A stretch of 64,000 bases of DNA from Burkholderiales bacterium (GTDB taxonomy: Bacteria; Pseudomonadota; Gammaproteobacteria; Burkholderiales; SG8-39): contig JBCKLP010000001.1 in assembly GCA_038903735.1 (NCBI GenBank), positions 1,767 through 65,766 on the forward strand, in the 5' to 3' direction. Positions 7,760 through 17,190 of the stretch are shown piece by piece (the first letter of the stretch is position 1; every line of letters starts with the position of its first letter). A program made the position numbers and the translations under genes. The notes under the pieces were generated by a model. It did no database searches and had not been told where the DNA came from. It saw nothing but the letters and a program-made list of their open reading frames with translations.

Positions 7760-8635
7760 ATGGAACATAAGGTCTCTTTTCGCTCCGGCGAGCTGAAGCT
7801 GGAGGGTGTGGTGCATCTGCCGGAAGACATGACACCGGGGGAGAAGCGCCCTGCGATCATGGTGTTGCACGGATTCGGCAATAACAAGGATTCGGCCAAT
7901 TCGATCAATCCCTGCAATCTGCTGACCCGCATGGGCTATGTCACCCTGCGCTTTGATTTCCGCGGTTGCGGGCAAAGCGAAGGCGAGCCCGGCATGGTGA
8001 TTCCCCTGGAGCAGGTGGAAGACACGCAGGCTGCACTGACCTATATGGCAACGCGCCCTGACGTGGATCCGGCGCGCATTGGCGTAGTCGGCTCGTCGTT
8101 CGGTGGTGCAGTGGCAATTTATGCCGGTGGTGTCGACAAGCGTGTTGGCTGCGTCATTTCATCGGGCGGCTGGGGGCACGGCGAACAGAAGTTCCGCAGG
8201 CAGCATCCCACGCCCGAGGCCTGGGCGAAATTCACCAACATGCTGGAGGAGGGCCGCCGCCATCGCCTGCGCACCGGCAAGTCGCTGATGGTGGACCGCT
8301 ACGACATCGTGCCCATCCCCGCGCACCTGCGCAATCATCTCAATCCCACGGCGCACTACCAGTTTCCTGCCGAAGTCGCACAGGCCATGTACAACTTCAA
8401 CGCCGAGGACGTGGTGGCCGGCATGGCGCCGCGACCGCTGCTCCTCTTGCACAGCTCGACCGATTCGGTGACGCCCACCGAGCAATCCTTGCGCCTCTTT
8501 GAGCGCGCGGGCAAGCCCTGTGATCTGCATCTGTTTGCCGAAACCGACCACTTCATGTTCCATGAGGGGAACCAGCGGGTGATGCAGGTGCTGGGCCCCT
8601 GGCTGGAGGAGTTCTTTCCCGTCAAGGCGCGTTGA
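7760..8635 (+). CDS. alpha/beta hydrolase (dienelactone-hydrolase-like size and layout)
   Basis: 291-aa ORF with HGFGNNKDS, nucleophile motif GSSFGG and a C-terminal DH pair (ETDHF). Confidence 0.7.
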   Translation: MEHKVSFRSGELKLEGVVHLPEDMTPGEKRPAIMVLHGFGNNKDSANSINPCNLLTRMGYVTLRFDFRGCGQSEGEPGMVIPLEQVEDTQAALTYMATRPDVDPARIGVVGSSFGGAVAIYAGGVDKRVGCVISSGGWGHGEQKFRRQHPTPEAWAKFTNMLEEGRRHRLRTGKSLMVDRYDIVPIPAHLRNHLNPTAHYQFPAEVAQAMYNFNAEDVVAGMAPRPLLLLHSSTDSVTPTEQSLRLFERAGKPCDLHLFAETDHFMFHEGNQRVMQVLGPWLEEFFPVKAR

Positions 8636-9694
8636 ATGGCTGCGCCGCGCGGCGTGGTGGTGGCTGACCACCATCAGCTAGAGACATTTATTGCCGCCTT
8701 GTTCGCCGCGAAAGGCATGCGTGCGGAGGATGCCGCGACACTCGCCCTGGTACTGGTATGGGCGGATCTGCGCGGCACCGCCTCGCACGGCGTCTCCCGG
8801 GTGGAGCGCTATATGGAGATGGTCGCGGCGGGCGAGCTCGATGTGCAGGCACGCGTGTCGCTGGAAGACAAAGGCCCGTCGCTCGTATTGATGCGCGCAG
8901 CGCGGGCCGCTGGGCCGATCTCCATGACCGCCATGGCCGCTGCCGCTGCGGAAAGAGCCGAAAGCAATGGCTGCTGCATCGGCATCGTCTCGCAGACCAC
9001 GCACACCGGCGCCATCGGCGTCTATGCCGAGTGGCTGGCGCAACGCGGCTTCGCCTCCATCATCGCAGCGGCGGGCACGCCGCTGATGGCCTATCACGGC
9101 GCGCGTGTTGCCAGCCTCGCGACCAGCCCCATCGCCATGGGTGTGCCGAGGGGCGACACGCCGCTGCTCTTCGACATGGCCACCAGCGTGGTGCCCATGC
9201 AGCGCCTGAAACAGTCGAAGCAGGGTGAGGTGCGGCTCGAACCCGGCTGGGCGCTGGACAAGGATGGCACGCCCACCACCGATCCGGACAAGGCCAGCAC
9301 CGCCATGCCGCTGGGTGGCCCCAAGGGCTCGGGCCTTTCCTTCATGATCGAGTGCCTCACGGGGATGCTGGCGGGCACCCCCATTCTCGCCGCCACCATC
9401 GGCCCATCGGGTGATGGACGCCACCGCCAGAATGCCCTGATGGTGGTGATCAAGGTGGCAGCCCTGTGCGACCCGGCCGACTACGCGCGCGATGTCGAGC
9501 AGTTGGCAAAGACAATCAAGTCATTGAAGCCACGTGAAGGGTTCGATGAAATACTGTTGCCCGGCGAGCGCGGCGCGCGTGTGGCCTCGCAACACCGGCT
9601 CAAGGGCGTGCCGGTTTCGGGCAACAGCTGGCGTTTTCTGGGCGAGCTGGCCGCCGCGCAAGGCATCGCATTGCCGCCGGTTACGCAATCCTGA
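8636..9694 (+). CDS. Ldh2 (malate/L-lactate/sulfolactate dehydrogenase) family oxidoreductase
   Basis: 352-aa ORF with the motif GTASHGVSRVERY. It starts directly after the upstream stop. Confidence 0.75.
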   Translation: MAAPRGVVVADHHQLETFIAALFAAKGMRAEDAATLALVLVWADLRGTASHGVSRVERYMEMVAAGELDVQARVSLEDKGPSLVLMRAARAAGPISMTAMAAAAAERAESNGCCIGIVSQTTHTGAIGVYAEWLAQRGFASIIAAAGTPLMAYHGARVASLATSPIAMGVPRGDTPLLFDMATSVVPMQRLKQSKQGEVRLEPGWALDKDGTPTTDPDKASTAMPLGGPKGSGLSFMIECLTGMLAGTPILAATIGPSGDGRHRQNALMVVIKVAALCDPADYARDVEQLAKTIKSLKPREGFDEILLPGERGARVASQHRLKGVPVSGNSWRFLGELAAAQGIALPPVTQS

Positions 9695-9844
9695 GACTGA
9701 AAAATACGCGAGGCAATGGGCTGGAAACCCAGTATTGGCGGGCATTTCCGGGCGATTACCCCGCCATGAACAGGGAGAGTTGCGGCGAACCGCGATGCTT
9801 ATCAAGAATTATCTATGTTCGTGGCAGTTTTCCCTCATCCCAAC

Positions 9845-10085
9845 CCTTCTCCCAGTGGGAGAAGGGCTTTGCATCCCTCTCCCGTTGGCGACCGGAGGGA
9901 GAAGGGCTTTGCATTTCTCTCCCGGAGGGAAACAGGCTTTTCATCCCTCTCCTGTCGGCGACCGGAGGGAGAAGGGCTTTGCATTCCTCTCCCGCCGGCG
10001 ACCGGAGGGAGAAGGGCTTTTCATCCCTCTCCCGGCGGCGACCGGAGGAAGTCCCAGTGGGAGAGAGGGACCGAGGGTGAGGGGA
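9845..10085. repeat. array of ~6 REP-like imperfect palindromes (~40-bp units)
   Basis: Repeated TCCCTCTCCC-N-GCGACCGGAGGGAGAAGGGCTTTGCA units, each self-complementary, between convergent genes. Confidence 0.85.
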
Positions 10086-10126
10086 ATTCGCGTCGTGGCC
10101 TCGCCCGTCGCGAGGTTTCGTAACCC

Positions 10127-11188
10127 TCAATTGAAGCGGGGGCGCTCGCCGTGATATGCCTGCGTGATCAGTTCCACCAGATCGGCGCGTGAGACCGGCC
10201 GGGGATTGGAAATCGGACTGGCAGCGAGCACAACTGCCGCCACCTCGATATCGCTTTCCTTTAGGCCCAGATCCTTCAAGCCGGTGGGAATGCCCAGGCG
10301 CACATTGAGATCGTACAAGCCCAGGCCCGCGTCCTTCACGTTCAGCGCGCGTTGCATTTTCTTCATGGCCTCAGGGGCCGCTGCACGGTTGAAGGCGATG
10401 GCATAGGGCACCATGACGGCGTGGGTGCCGGCATGGCTGAGTCCGAAGCGGGTACGCACCTTCTGTGCGATCGCATGTTCAACGCCGATTTGCGCGCGAA
10501 ACGCCGCTGCGAGCCATGCGCCATAGAGCGCATCGGTGCGCGCGTCGATGTCATCGGGCCGCGCCACCACGCGCGGCAGACTGGCGCCCAGCATCTGAAT
10601 CGCAGTTTCAGCCAGGGTTTCCACTGCCGGGCTGCGATCCGCGCCATAGAGGGACTCTACCGCGTGTGCCATGGCATTCATGCCGCTTTGCGCAGAAGTG
10701 ATGGCAGGCAGTCCGAGCGTTAATTCCGGGTCGTAGATGGCGGTGGCGGGTAGCGCGGAGAGACTGTTGCCGTTGTTTACTTGCCTGCCCTTGCCATAGG
10801 TCCAGTTGGACGCCATTTCCGAACCCGAGTAGGTAGTGGGCACGGCGATCCAGGGCAGGCCGGTATTGGCGGCGACGGATTTTCCCAGACCGATGGGCGT
10901 GCCACCGCCGATGCCGATGAAGCCGCCGGCATTCATGCTTTTCGCAAGCGCGGTAGCGCGCCCGAAATCCTCTGTCGTGATGCTGACGCTGGCAAGGCGC
11001 AGTACTTCAATGGTGCAATCAGGCGTGGACGCGGCGATGCGCTGCGCCAATGCCGCACCAGAGCCGCTGCACAGAATGAAGGCACGCGAAATTTTGTGGC
11101 GCGCCAGTTCGGCAGGCAAGGATGCAATGCTGTTGCGGCCGAACAGGACGCGCGGGGTGGGGGACTGGAAAACGAATGGGTCGATCAT
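10127..11188 (-). CDS. iron-containing alcohol dehydrogenase family protein, maleylacetate reductase-like
   Basis: About 353 aa with GIGGGTPIGLGKSVA and His-rich metal-site motifs. Size and N-terminus (F.FQSPTPRVLFG) are typical of maleylacetate reductases. The start is uncertain (ATG 11188 or TTG 11200). Confidence 0.65.
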   Translation of the reverse strand: MIDPFVFQSPTPRVLFGRNSIASLPAELARHKISRAFILCSGSGAALAQRIAASTPDCTIEVLRLASVSITTEDFGRATALAKSMNAGGFIGIGGGTPIGLGKSVAANTGLPWIAVPTTYSGSEMASNWTYGKGRQVNNGNSLSALPATAIYDPELTLGLPAITSAQSGMNAMAHAVESLYGADRSPAVETLAETAIQMLGASLPRVVARPDDIDARTDALYGAWLAAAFRAQIGVEHAIAQKVRTRFGLSHAGTHAVMVPYAIAFNRAAAPEAMKKMQRALNVKDAGLGLYDLNVRLGIPTGLKDLGLKESDIEVAAVVLAASPISNPRPVSRADLVELITQAYHGERPRFN

Positions 11189-11269
11189 GTTGGATTCCAA
11201 TGTCAGTCGCTGATTCTGTGGAGGTACGCAATATAGGCAATCTTTGAGTGCTCTGCCCGCGCATGGTCT

Positions 11270-12049
11270 TCAGCCGCCGAAAAACAGGCCGCCGTTGAGG
11301 TGAATGACTTGGCCTGTCATATAGCCGAACGCAGGCGTGCAAAGCGCGAGCACGCTGCTGACCGTTTCATCGACGCGGCCAAAGCGCGCGATGGGCAGCT
11401 TTTCCGGTGTGCAGTAGGCGCGCAGGTCAATGGCTCGCTGTGCCGGGTCGCTCGGCGCCATCATCACGCCGGGGCAGAGGCAGTTGACGGTGATGCCCTG
11501 CGCGCCGAGCTCATGCGCCAGTGCGCGCGTCAGGCCCTCCAGCCCTGCCTTGGCCGCCGCAACCGCCGCACCGCCGGCGGCAGGCACATGCGAGGCCACA
11601 CCACTCAAGCTTATGATCCGGCCGGCACCCGAAGCGCCCAGGTGCGGCGCCGCGTGCTTGGCGCACAGAAAGCTGCCGTCCAGAGTGCTTGACATGACAG
11701 TGCGCCAATCCTCCAGCGACATCACGGCGAGCGCGGCGTGCTTGCGCACCACGGCGTTATTCACCAGGATATCCAGCCTGCCGTAGCGTTCGATAATCGC
11801 TGCCATCATGCCTTCCACGGCGCGTTCATCGGTGATGTCCGCCATGCACAGCAGCGCGCGACCGGTACCATGGCGGGCGTCGATTTCGCTGCAAAGCTGC
11901 TCTGCTTCACGACGCGAGGTTTTTGCGTTGACGACTACCGACGCGCCCGCCGCGGCAAACGACTCGATGAGGGCGCGGCCGGTGCGCCGCGCACTACCGG
12001 TGACCAGGGCCACCCTGCCCTGCAGAAAATTCCCGTCAATTGCAAGCAC
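11270..12049 (-). CDS. SDR family oxidoreductase (atypical active site)
   Basis: 259 aa with a GTG start, Rossmann motif [12 protein letters not shown] and NNAV. At the expected YxxxK position the sequence reads VAAAK. Confidence 0.7.
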   Translation of the reverse strand: MLAIDGNFLQGRVALVTGSARRTGRALIESFAAAGASVVVNAKTSRREAEQLCSEIDARHGTGRALLCMADITDERAVEGMMAAIIERYGRLDILVNNAVVRKHAALAVMSLEDWRTVMSSTLDGSFLCAKHAAPHLGASGAGRIISLSGVASHVPAAGGAAVAAAKAGLEGLTRALAHELGAQGITVNCLCPGVMMAPSDPAQRAIDLRAYCTPEKLPIARFGRVDETVSSVLALCTPAFGYMTGQVIHLNGGLFFGG

Positions 12050-12173
12050 GCACTATCCTTTCCATGAGTGGCGGAAGCCTCCAAATTCAGCGCATTCTGC
12101 CCGGATATCAAGGGGATGGCCGGGTCGCTGGTCTATAATTGCGCTCCAGTCACCGCCAGCTCAGCCGATGTCC

Positions 12174-13436
12174 ATGCAGTTGTTCGCCCTTGGCATGAAC
12201 CACCAGACCGCCCCGCTCGAACTGCGCGAGAAGGTGGTGTTCGCGGCTGAGCGCCTGCAGTCAGCCCTGGCCGAACTGGTTCAGGCGAAACCGGTGACCG
12301 AGGCGGCAATTATTTCCACCTGCAATCGCACTGAAATTTATGGTGCTTCGGGTGAGCCCGGCGCGGCGCTGGAATGGCTGGCCGGCTACCATCGCATGTC
12401 ATCTCATGAGCTGAAACCCTATGTCTATGCCTTGCCGCAGGGCGAGGCGGTACGGCATGCGTTTCGCGTGGCGGCGGGCCTGGATTCCATGGTGTTGGGC
12501 GAACCACAGATTCTCGGCCAGATGAAGGATGCAGCGCGCGCCGCGGCCTCCGCAGGCACCCTGGGGACGACCCTGAACCGCTTGTTCCAGCGCAGCTTTG
12601 CCGTGGCCAAGGAAGTGCGCAGCAATACCCGCATTGGCGCCAACGTGGTGTCCATGGCGGCGGCGGCAGTGAAACTCGCCGGACGGATTTTCTCCAGTGT
12701 GGGCGAGCAGAAGATTCTTTTCATCGGCGCCGGAGAAATGATCGAGTTGTGCGCCACACATTTTTCCGCGCAGCATCCGCGCGCGATGGCCTTTGCCAAC
12801 CGCACCCCGGAGCGCGCCCAAGCGCTGGCGCAGCGCTTCAATGCGCGCGCACTTTTGCTGCGTGAACTGCCCGAGGTGCTGGCCGAGTTCGATATTGTGG
12901 TGTCCTGCACTGCGTCCTCGCTGCCCATCATCGGTAAGGGACTGGTGGAGAGCGCCATTCGCACGCGCCGCCACCGCCCCGTGTTCATGGTGGATCTGGC
13001 GGTGCCGCGTGACATCGAGCCCGAAGTCGGCAGCATGGACGATGTGTTCCTGTATTGCCTGGATGACCTTGCCGCCCTGGTGCGCGAGGGAATCGATGAG
13101 CGCCAGAGCGCGGTGGTGCAGGCCGAGGCGATTATCGAGACCCAGGTGGATTCCTTTCTGCACTGGATGCGCGGCCGGGAGCGCGTGCCGCTGATCCGCC
13201 AGTTGCGCGAGACCGGCGAGACGGCGCGCCGCGCGGAACTCGAGCGCGCCTTGCGGGCGCTTGCGCGCGGCGAGGATCCCAAAACTGTGCTGGATGCCCT
13301 GTCGCACGGCCTGACCAACAAGCTGCTGCATGCGCCCACTCAGGCGATCAACCAGGGTGACAGGGCGGGCGATGAAAATGGTGAAGTGCTCACCCGCGCC
13401 ATCGCACAGATCTACCACTTACGCGCAGACGACTGA
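12174..13436 (+). CDS. hemA: glutamyl-tRNA reductase
   Basis: Begins [21 protein letters not shown] and contains [10 protein letters not shown]. It precedes prfA as in the classical hemA-prfA-prmC arrangement. The start could be 12168. Confidence 0.9.
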   Translation: MQLFALGMNHQTAPLELREKVVFAAERLQSALAELVQAKPVTEAAIISTCNRTEIYGASGEPGAALEWLAGYHRMSSHELKPYVYALPQGEAVRHAFRVAAGLDSMVLGEPQILGQMKDAARAAASAGTLGTTLNRLFQRSFAVAKEVRSNTRIGANVVSMAAAAVKLAGRIFSSVGEQKILFIGAGEMIELCATHFSAQHPRAMAFANRTPERAQALAQRFNARALLLRELPEVLAEFDIVVSCTASSLPIIGKGLVESAIRTRRHRPVFMVDLAVPRDIEPEVGSMDDVFLYCLDDLAALVREGIDERQSAVVQAEAIIETQVDSFLHWMRGRERVPLIRQLRETGETARRAELERALRALARGEDPKTVLDALSHGLTNKLLHAPTQAINQGDRAGDENGEVLTRAIAQIYHLRADD

Positions 13437-14518
13437 TGAAGGCCAGCATTGAATTCCGGCTTGAGCAGCTTTCGCGGCGGCTTGACGAACTGGACGCCCT
13501 GCTCAGTTCAGAGGGTGCCACGCGCGACATGGACCAGTACCGGCGCCTGACGCGCGAGCATGCGGAACTCGGGCCGGTCGCCGATCTGTATCGCCAGTAC
13601 CGGCAGACGGTGAATGACGAGAAGGCGGCCGAGGAAATGCTGGTCGACCCGGAGATGAAAAGTTATGCCGAGGCCGAGATACGCGCCGGCGGGGAGCGTC
13701 AGGCGCAGCTGGAGGTCGAGCTGCAGAAGCTGCTTCTGCCACGCGACGCCAATGATGATCGCAATATCTTTCTGGAAATCCGCGCCGGCACCGGCGGCGA
13801 TGAATCGGCCCTGTTTGCGGGCGACCTGTTGCGGATGTACACGCGCTTTGCCGAGCGCCAGCGCTGGCAGGTGGAACTGGTTTCCGAGAGTGTCGGCGAG
13901 ATGGGTGGTTACAAGGAGGTCATCGCGCGCATCCTCGGCCAGGGCGCTTACTCACGGCTGAAATTCGAATCCGGCGGGCATCGAGTGCAGCGCGTGCCCG
14001 ACACTGAGACTCAAGGGCGCATCCATACCTCGGCCTGCACGGTGGCGGTGATGCCCGAGGCCGACGAGGTGGGCGAGGTGGTGCTCAATCCGGCAGAGCT
14101 GAAGATCGACACCTATCGTGCCTCCGGCGCGGGCGGTCAGCACATCAACAAGACCGACTCCGCGATCCGCATCACCCACCTGCCCACCGGCATCGTGGTG
14201 GAGTGCCAGGACGATCGCTCGCAGCACCGCAACCGCGCGCGCGCCATGGCGGTGCTGGCGGCGCGCATCAAGGACGGACAGCGGCGGGCGCAGCAGGCCA
14301 AGGAAGCCGCCACGCGAAAATCGCTGATCGGCTCCGGGGACCGCTCCGAGCGCATCCGCACCTACAATTTTCCGCAGGGCCGTGTCACCGACCACCGCAT
14401 CAATCTCACGCTCTACAAGATCGCTGCCATCATGGACGGCGAGCTAGATGAGCTGAGCGGCGCGCTGATGGCCGAGCATCAGGCCGAGCAGCTTGCGCAA
14501 CTGGCGGAAGCCGCCTGA
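13436..14518 (+). CDS. prfA: peptide chain release factor 1
   Basis: 360 aa with GGQ motif ([11 protein letters not shown]) and [17 protein letters not shown] (PxT). Confidence 0.95.
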   Translation: MKASIEFRLEQLSRRLDELDALLSSEGATRDMDQYRRLTREHAELGPVADLYRQYRQTVNDEKAAEEMLVDPEMKSYAEAEIRAGGERQAQLEVELQKLLLPRDANDDRNIFLEIRAGTGGDESALFAGDLLRMYTRFAERQRWQVELVSESVGEMGGYKEVIARILGQGAYSRLKFESGGHRVQRVPDTETQGRIHTSACTVAVMPEADEVGEVVLNPAELKIDTYRASGAGGQHINKTDSAIRITHLPTGIVVECQDDRSQHRNRARAMAVLAARIKDGQRRAQQAKEAATRKSLIGSGDRSERIRTYNFPQGRVTDHRINLTLYKIAAIMDGELDELSGALMAEHQAEQLAQLAEAA

Positions 14519-14532
14519 ATCCAGGACAAGGC

Positions 14533-15357
14533 ATGGCCAGCCTTGCGGCGCTGATCAGGGAAAGTGGTCTGCCGGCGCTGGAGGCGCGTGTGTTGGCCGC
14601 TTGTGCCCTGGGCGTGGAGAGAGCCTGGATTGTCGCGCACGACAGGGATGAGCTGGGGGCAAAGGCGCAGCGCGATATCCAGGCCTTGTATCAGCGCCGC
14701 CGCGTCGGCGAGCCTATTGCCTATCTGACTGGCGAGCGAGAGTTCTACGGCTTGTCACTGGCGATTACGTCGGCGGTTCTCATTCCCCGTCCGGAAACCG
14801 AACTGCTGGTGGAGCTTGCGCTGTCGCTTCTCAAGGACGGGCAGCGCCTGCTTGATCTGGGGACGGGCAGTGGCGCGATCGCCATTGCGGTGGCGCTGGA
14901 ACGGCCCGGCGCGCGGGTCTCGGCCTGCGAGTCCTGCGCAGCGGCCATCGAGGTCGCGCGCACCAATGCCAGCCGTCATGGCGCGCCGCTCGAGTTGTTG
15001 AGGAGTGACTGGTTTTCCATGCTGGGTGGCGCGCAGTTCGATGTGGTGGTTTCCAATCCGCCCTATATCGCCGCTGACGATCCCCATCTGCTCGAGGGCG
15101 ATCTGCGCTTCGAGCCGCGTGCTGCACTGGTGGCGGGCAGGGAGGGCGTGGAATGCCTGGAAGCCATTGCCGCTGCGGCCCGGGGGCATCTGCTGCCGGG
15201 TGGCTGGCTGCTGCTGGAGCATGGCTACGATCAGGGAGAGGCTTCTGTGCGCCTGCTGGAACGACTCGGTTATACGGCAGTGCGCGATCATTGCGATCTG
15301 GCTGGCATTGCCCGCGTAGTACAAGCGCGGTTTGACCCTGTTTCCGCCAGGCGCTAG
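14533..15357 (+). CDS. prmC: release factor glutamine N5-methyltransferase
   Basis: 274 aa with DLGTGSGAIA and NPPY motifs, downstream of prfA. Confidence 0.9.
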   Translation: MASLAALIRESGLPALEARVLAACALGVERAWIVAHDRDELGAKAQRDIQALYQRRRVGEPIAYLTGEREFYGLSLAITSAVLIPRPETELLVELALSLLKDGQRLLDLGTGSGAIAIAVALERPGARVSACESCAAAIEVARTNASRHGAPLELLRSDWFSMLGGAQFDVVVSNPPYIAADDPHLLEGDLRFEPRAALVAGREGVECLEAIAAAARGHLLPGGWLLLEHGYDQGEASVRLLERLGYTAVRDHCDLAGIARVVQARFDPVSARR

Positions 15358-15404
15358 AATCCCGACGAATTTAGTCGAGTATAAAACCAACATTGGAGTC
15401 CCCG

Positions 15405-15713
15405 ATGGATACCAAAGAACGCATACACGAAACCGTTACCAGTCACCCCGTGGTCTTGTACATGAAGGGCACGCCCGATTTCCCGCAATGCGGTTTTTCC
15501 GCCAACGCGATTCAGTTGCTTGCCACCTGTGGCGTGAGCACTCCGCACACCGTGAATGTGCTGGAAGACCCGGAAGTGCGCCAGGGCATCAAGGAATACG
15601 CCAACTGGCCCACCATTCCCCAGCTCTATGTCAATGGCGAATTTGTCGGCGGATCTGACATCCTGCGCGAGATGTACCAGTCGGGTGAATTGCAGAAACT
15701 GTTGGAAGCGTAA
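15405..15713 (+). CDS. grxD: monothiol glutaredoxin (Grx4 family)
   Basis: CGFS active site ([10 protein letters not shown]) and [22 protein letters not shown] lies upstream of the ATG at 15405. Confidence 0.9.
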   Translation: MDTKERIHETVTSHPVVLYMKGTPDFPQCGFSANAIQLLATCGVSTPHTVNVLEDPEVRQGIKEYANWPTIPQLYVNGEFVGGSDILREMYQSGELQKLLEA

Positions 15714-15729
15714 ACCCGGAAAGCTTCAG

Positions 15730-15810
15730 AACAGGGGAGGGGAGAGTTCCCTCCCTTCCCCTTCGGGGAAAAGTAACGAACAGGGGAAGGGAGAGTTCGC
15801 TCCCTTCCCC
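15730..15810. repeat. two 33-nt palindromic repeats, 48 bp apart
   Basis: GAACAGGGGARGGGAGAGTTCSCTCCCTTCCCC occurs twice. Each forms an ~11-bp stem. Confidence 0.8.
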
Positions 15811-15823
15811 CCAACCCTTCCTG

Positions 15824-15860
15824 AAAAACAATGCCCGCAGCGAGCGGGCATTGTTTGTTT
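15824..15860. terminator. bidirectional rho-independent terminator
   Basis: AAAAACAATGCCCGC-AGCGA-GCGGGCATTGTTTGTTT between convergent grxD and the kinase gene. Confidence 0.75.
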
Positions 15861-15887
15861 CCGGTACCGGGATTTCCGGTCTTTGGG

Positions 15888-17174
15888 TCACACGGCGGTG
15901 AGGCGGGTATTGGCGAGCGACAGCCTCTCCACCAGAATGCCCATGAAGGCGCGGTCAAAGCGGTAGCGGCAGGCATCGGAGGCGGTTTCCAGGTCTTCGG
16001 TGCGTATGCGGATGATGCGCGATTCGTTCAGCGTCGAGACATCGGCGCTGCGTTCGTTGCCGCTGCGTGACAGGTAGGCCATCTCGCCGAAGCATTCGCC
16101 AGGCGAGAGGATGTTGAGCAGCTTGTTGCGCTCGGTGACCTTCACCTCTCCCGAGGCCAGCACGCAGAAAAAATCACCCTTGTCACCATCCTTCATGAGC
16201 AACTGTCCGCCCGGCAGATTCTCCCAGGTGGAAATGCGCATGACTTCCCACAGTTCCGCATCGCTGAATTCGTCAAAAAAAGCCAGCGCCCGCATGCTGT
16301 TGAATTTTTCACTGTCGGCGACCTCTTCGCTTTGTTCGCCAAGATGGTCGCTGCGGAAGGCCTCCGCCAGATCATAGGAAAACTCTTCCCAGGTCCGGTA
16401 GCGGCGATCGAGCTCCTTTTGCATGGCTTTCTTGACGATCTTGTCCACGGACAGCGGAATCTCCCGGCGCAGGGATGAAGCGATCGGCGGTTCCACATTG
16501 GTGATCTGGTACATCATCGAATAGTTGTTGGACGCCTGATAGGGCAACTGCCCGGTCAACAGCTGGAACATCACCACGCCCAGGGAATAGATGTCGGTCT
16601 GCCGATCCAGGGGATGATCCTTGATCTGCTGCGGGGACATGTAGGCCGGGGAGCCGATGCCCGCGACCTGAGTCTGGTCCACCGTGGACATCAGCGCAGC
16701 CCCGAAATCGGATATCTTGATGTCGGTTTCCGAAGAGACCAGGATGTTCGCCGGTTTGATGTCGCGATGGGTCACGCCCATCCGGTTGGCGAAGTCCAGC
16801 GCGCGTGTGCACTTGAAGATGATCTCGACGATCTTGTCGATGGGCAGCAGGGCGTCCTTGCTGCAATGCTGTTCCAGGGTGCCGCCGGGGATGAATTCCA
16901 TCACGATGTAGGACAGATCTTCGCCCACCACCGCGTCAAAAATCTGCACGATGTGGGGATGATTCAGCTTCCCAGCGAGCGAGGCTTCGGTGATGAAAAG
17001 CTTGCGCGTGAGCCGGCCGTCGTCGGATTGCCCCAGGCGGTCCTCGAACACCACCTTGACGGCCACCTCGCGGTTGTTGAAGCTGTCCCCGCAAAGATAG
17101 ACTTCGCTGGTGGCGCCTTCGCCCAGCTTGCGTTTGACCGCGTATTTGCCGATCCGCTGCAAGGGCCCGCTCAT
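15888..17174 (-). CDS. Ser/Thr protein kinase fused to a C-terminal cyclic-nucleotide-binding domain
   Basis: Kinase motifs: LGEGATSEV, VAVK, HRDIKPANIL, DFG. The C-terminal cNMP-binding signature is CFGEMAYL...RSADV. GGGAGG SD lies 7 nt before the ATG at 17174, 16 nt after the argH stop. Confidence 0.85.
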   Translation of the reverse strand: MSGPLQRIGKYAVKRKLGEGATSEVYLCGDSFNNREVAVKVVFEDRLGQSDDGRLTRKLFITEASLAGKLNHPHIVQIFDAVVGEDLSYIVMEFIPGGTLEQHCSKDALLPIDKIVEIIFKCTRALDFANRMGVTHRDIKPANILVSSETDIKISDFGAALMSTVDQTQVAGIGSPAYMSPQQIKDHPLDRQTDIYSLGVVMFQLLTGQLPYQASNNYSMMYQITNVEPPIASSLRREIPLSVDKIVKKAMQKELDRRYRTWEEFSYDLAEAFRSDHLGEQSEEVADSEKFNSMRALAFFDEFSDAELWEVMRISTWENLPGGQLLMKDGDKGDFFCVLASGEVKVTERNKLLNILSPGECFGEMAYLSRSGNERSADVSTLNESRIIRIRTEDLETASDACRYRFDRAFMGILVERLSLANTRLTAV

Positions 17175-17190
17175 GGCCGCCCCTCCCGGG

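Noticed and set aside
9534-10154. Four 100-200-aa ORFs rich in PSPxGRREKGF motifs
   Set aside because: They are translations of the REP-like palindrome array in several frames on both strands and are not genes.
11808-12173. 120-aa N-terminal extension of hemA in the track ORF
   Set aside because: The extension overlaps the SDR gene on the other strand and has no HemA similarity. The conserved HemA N-terminus ([14 protein letters not shown]) begins at 12174.
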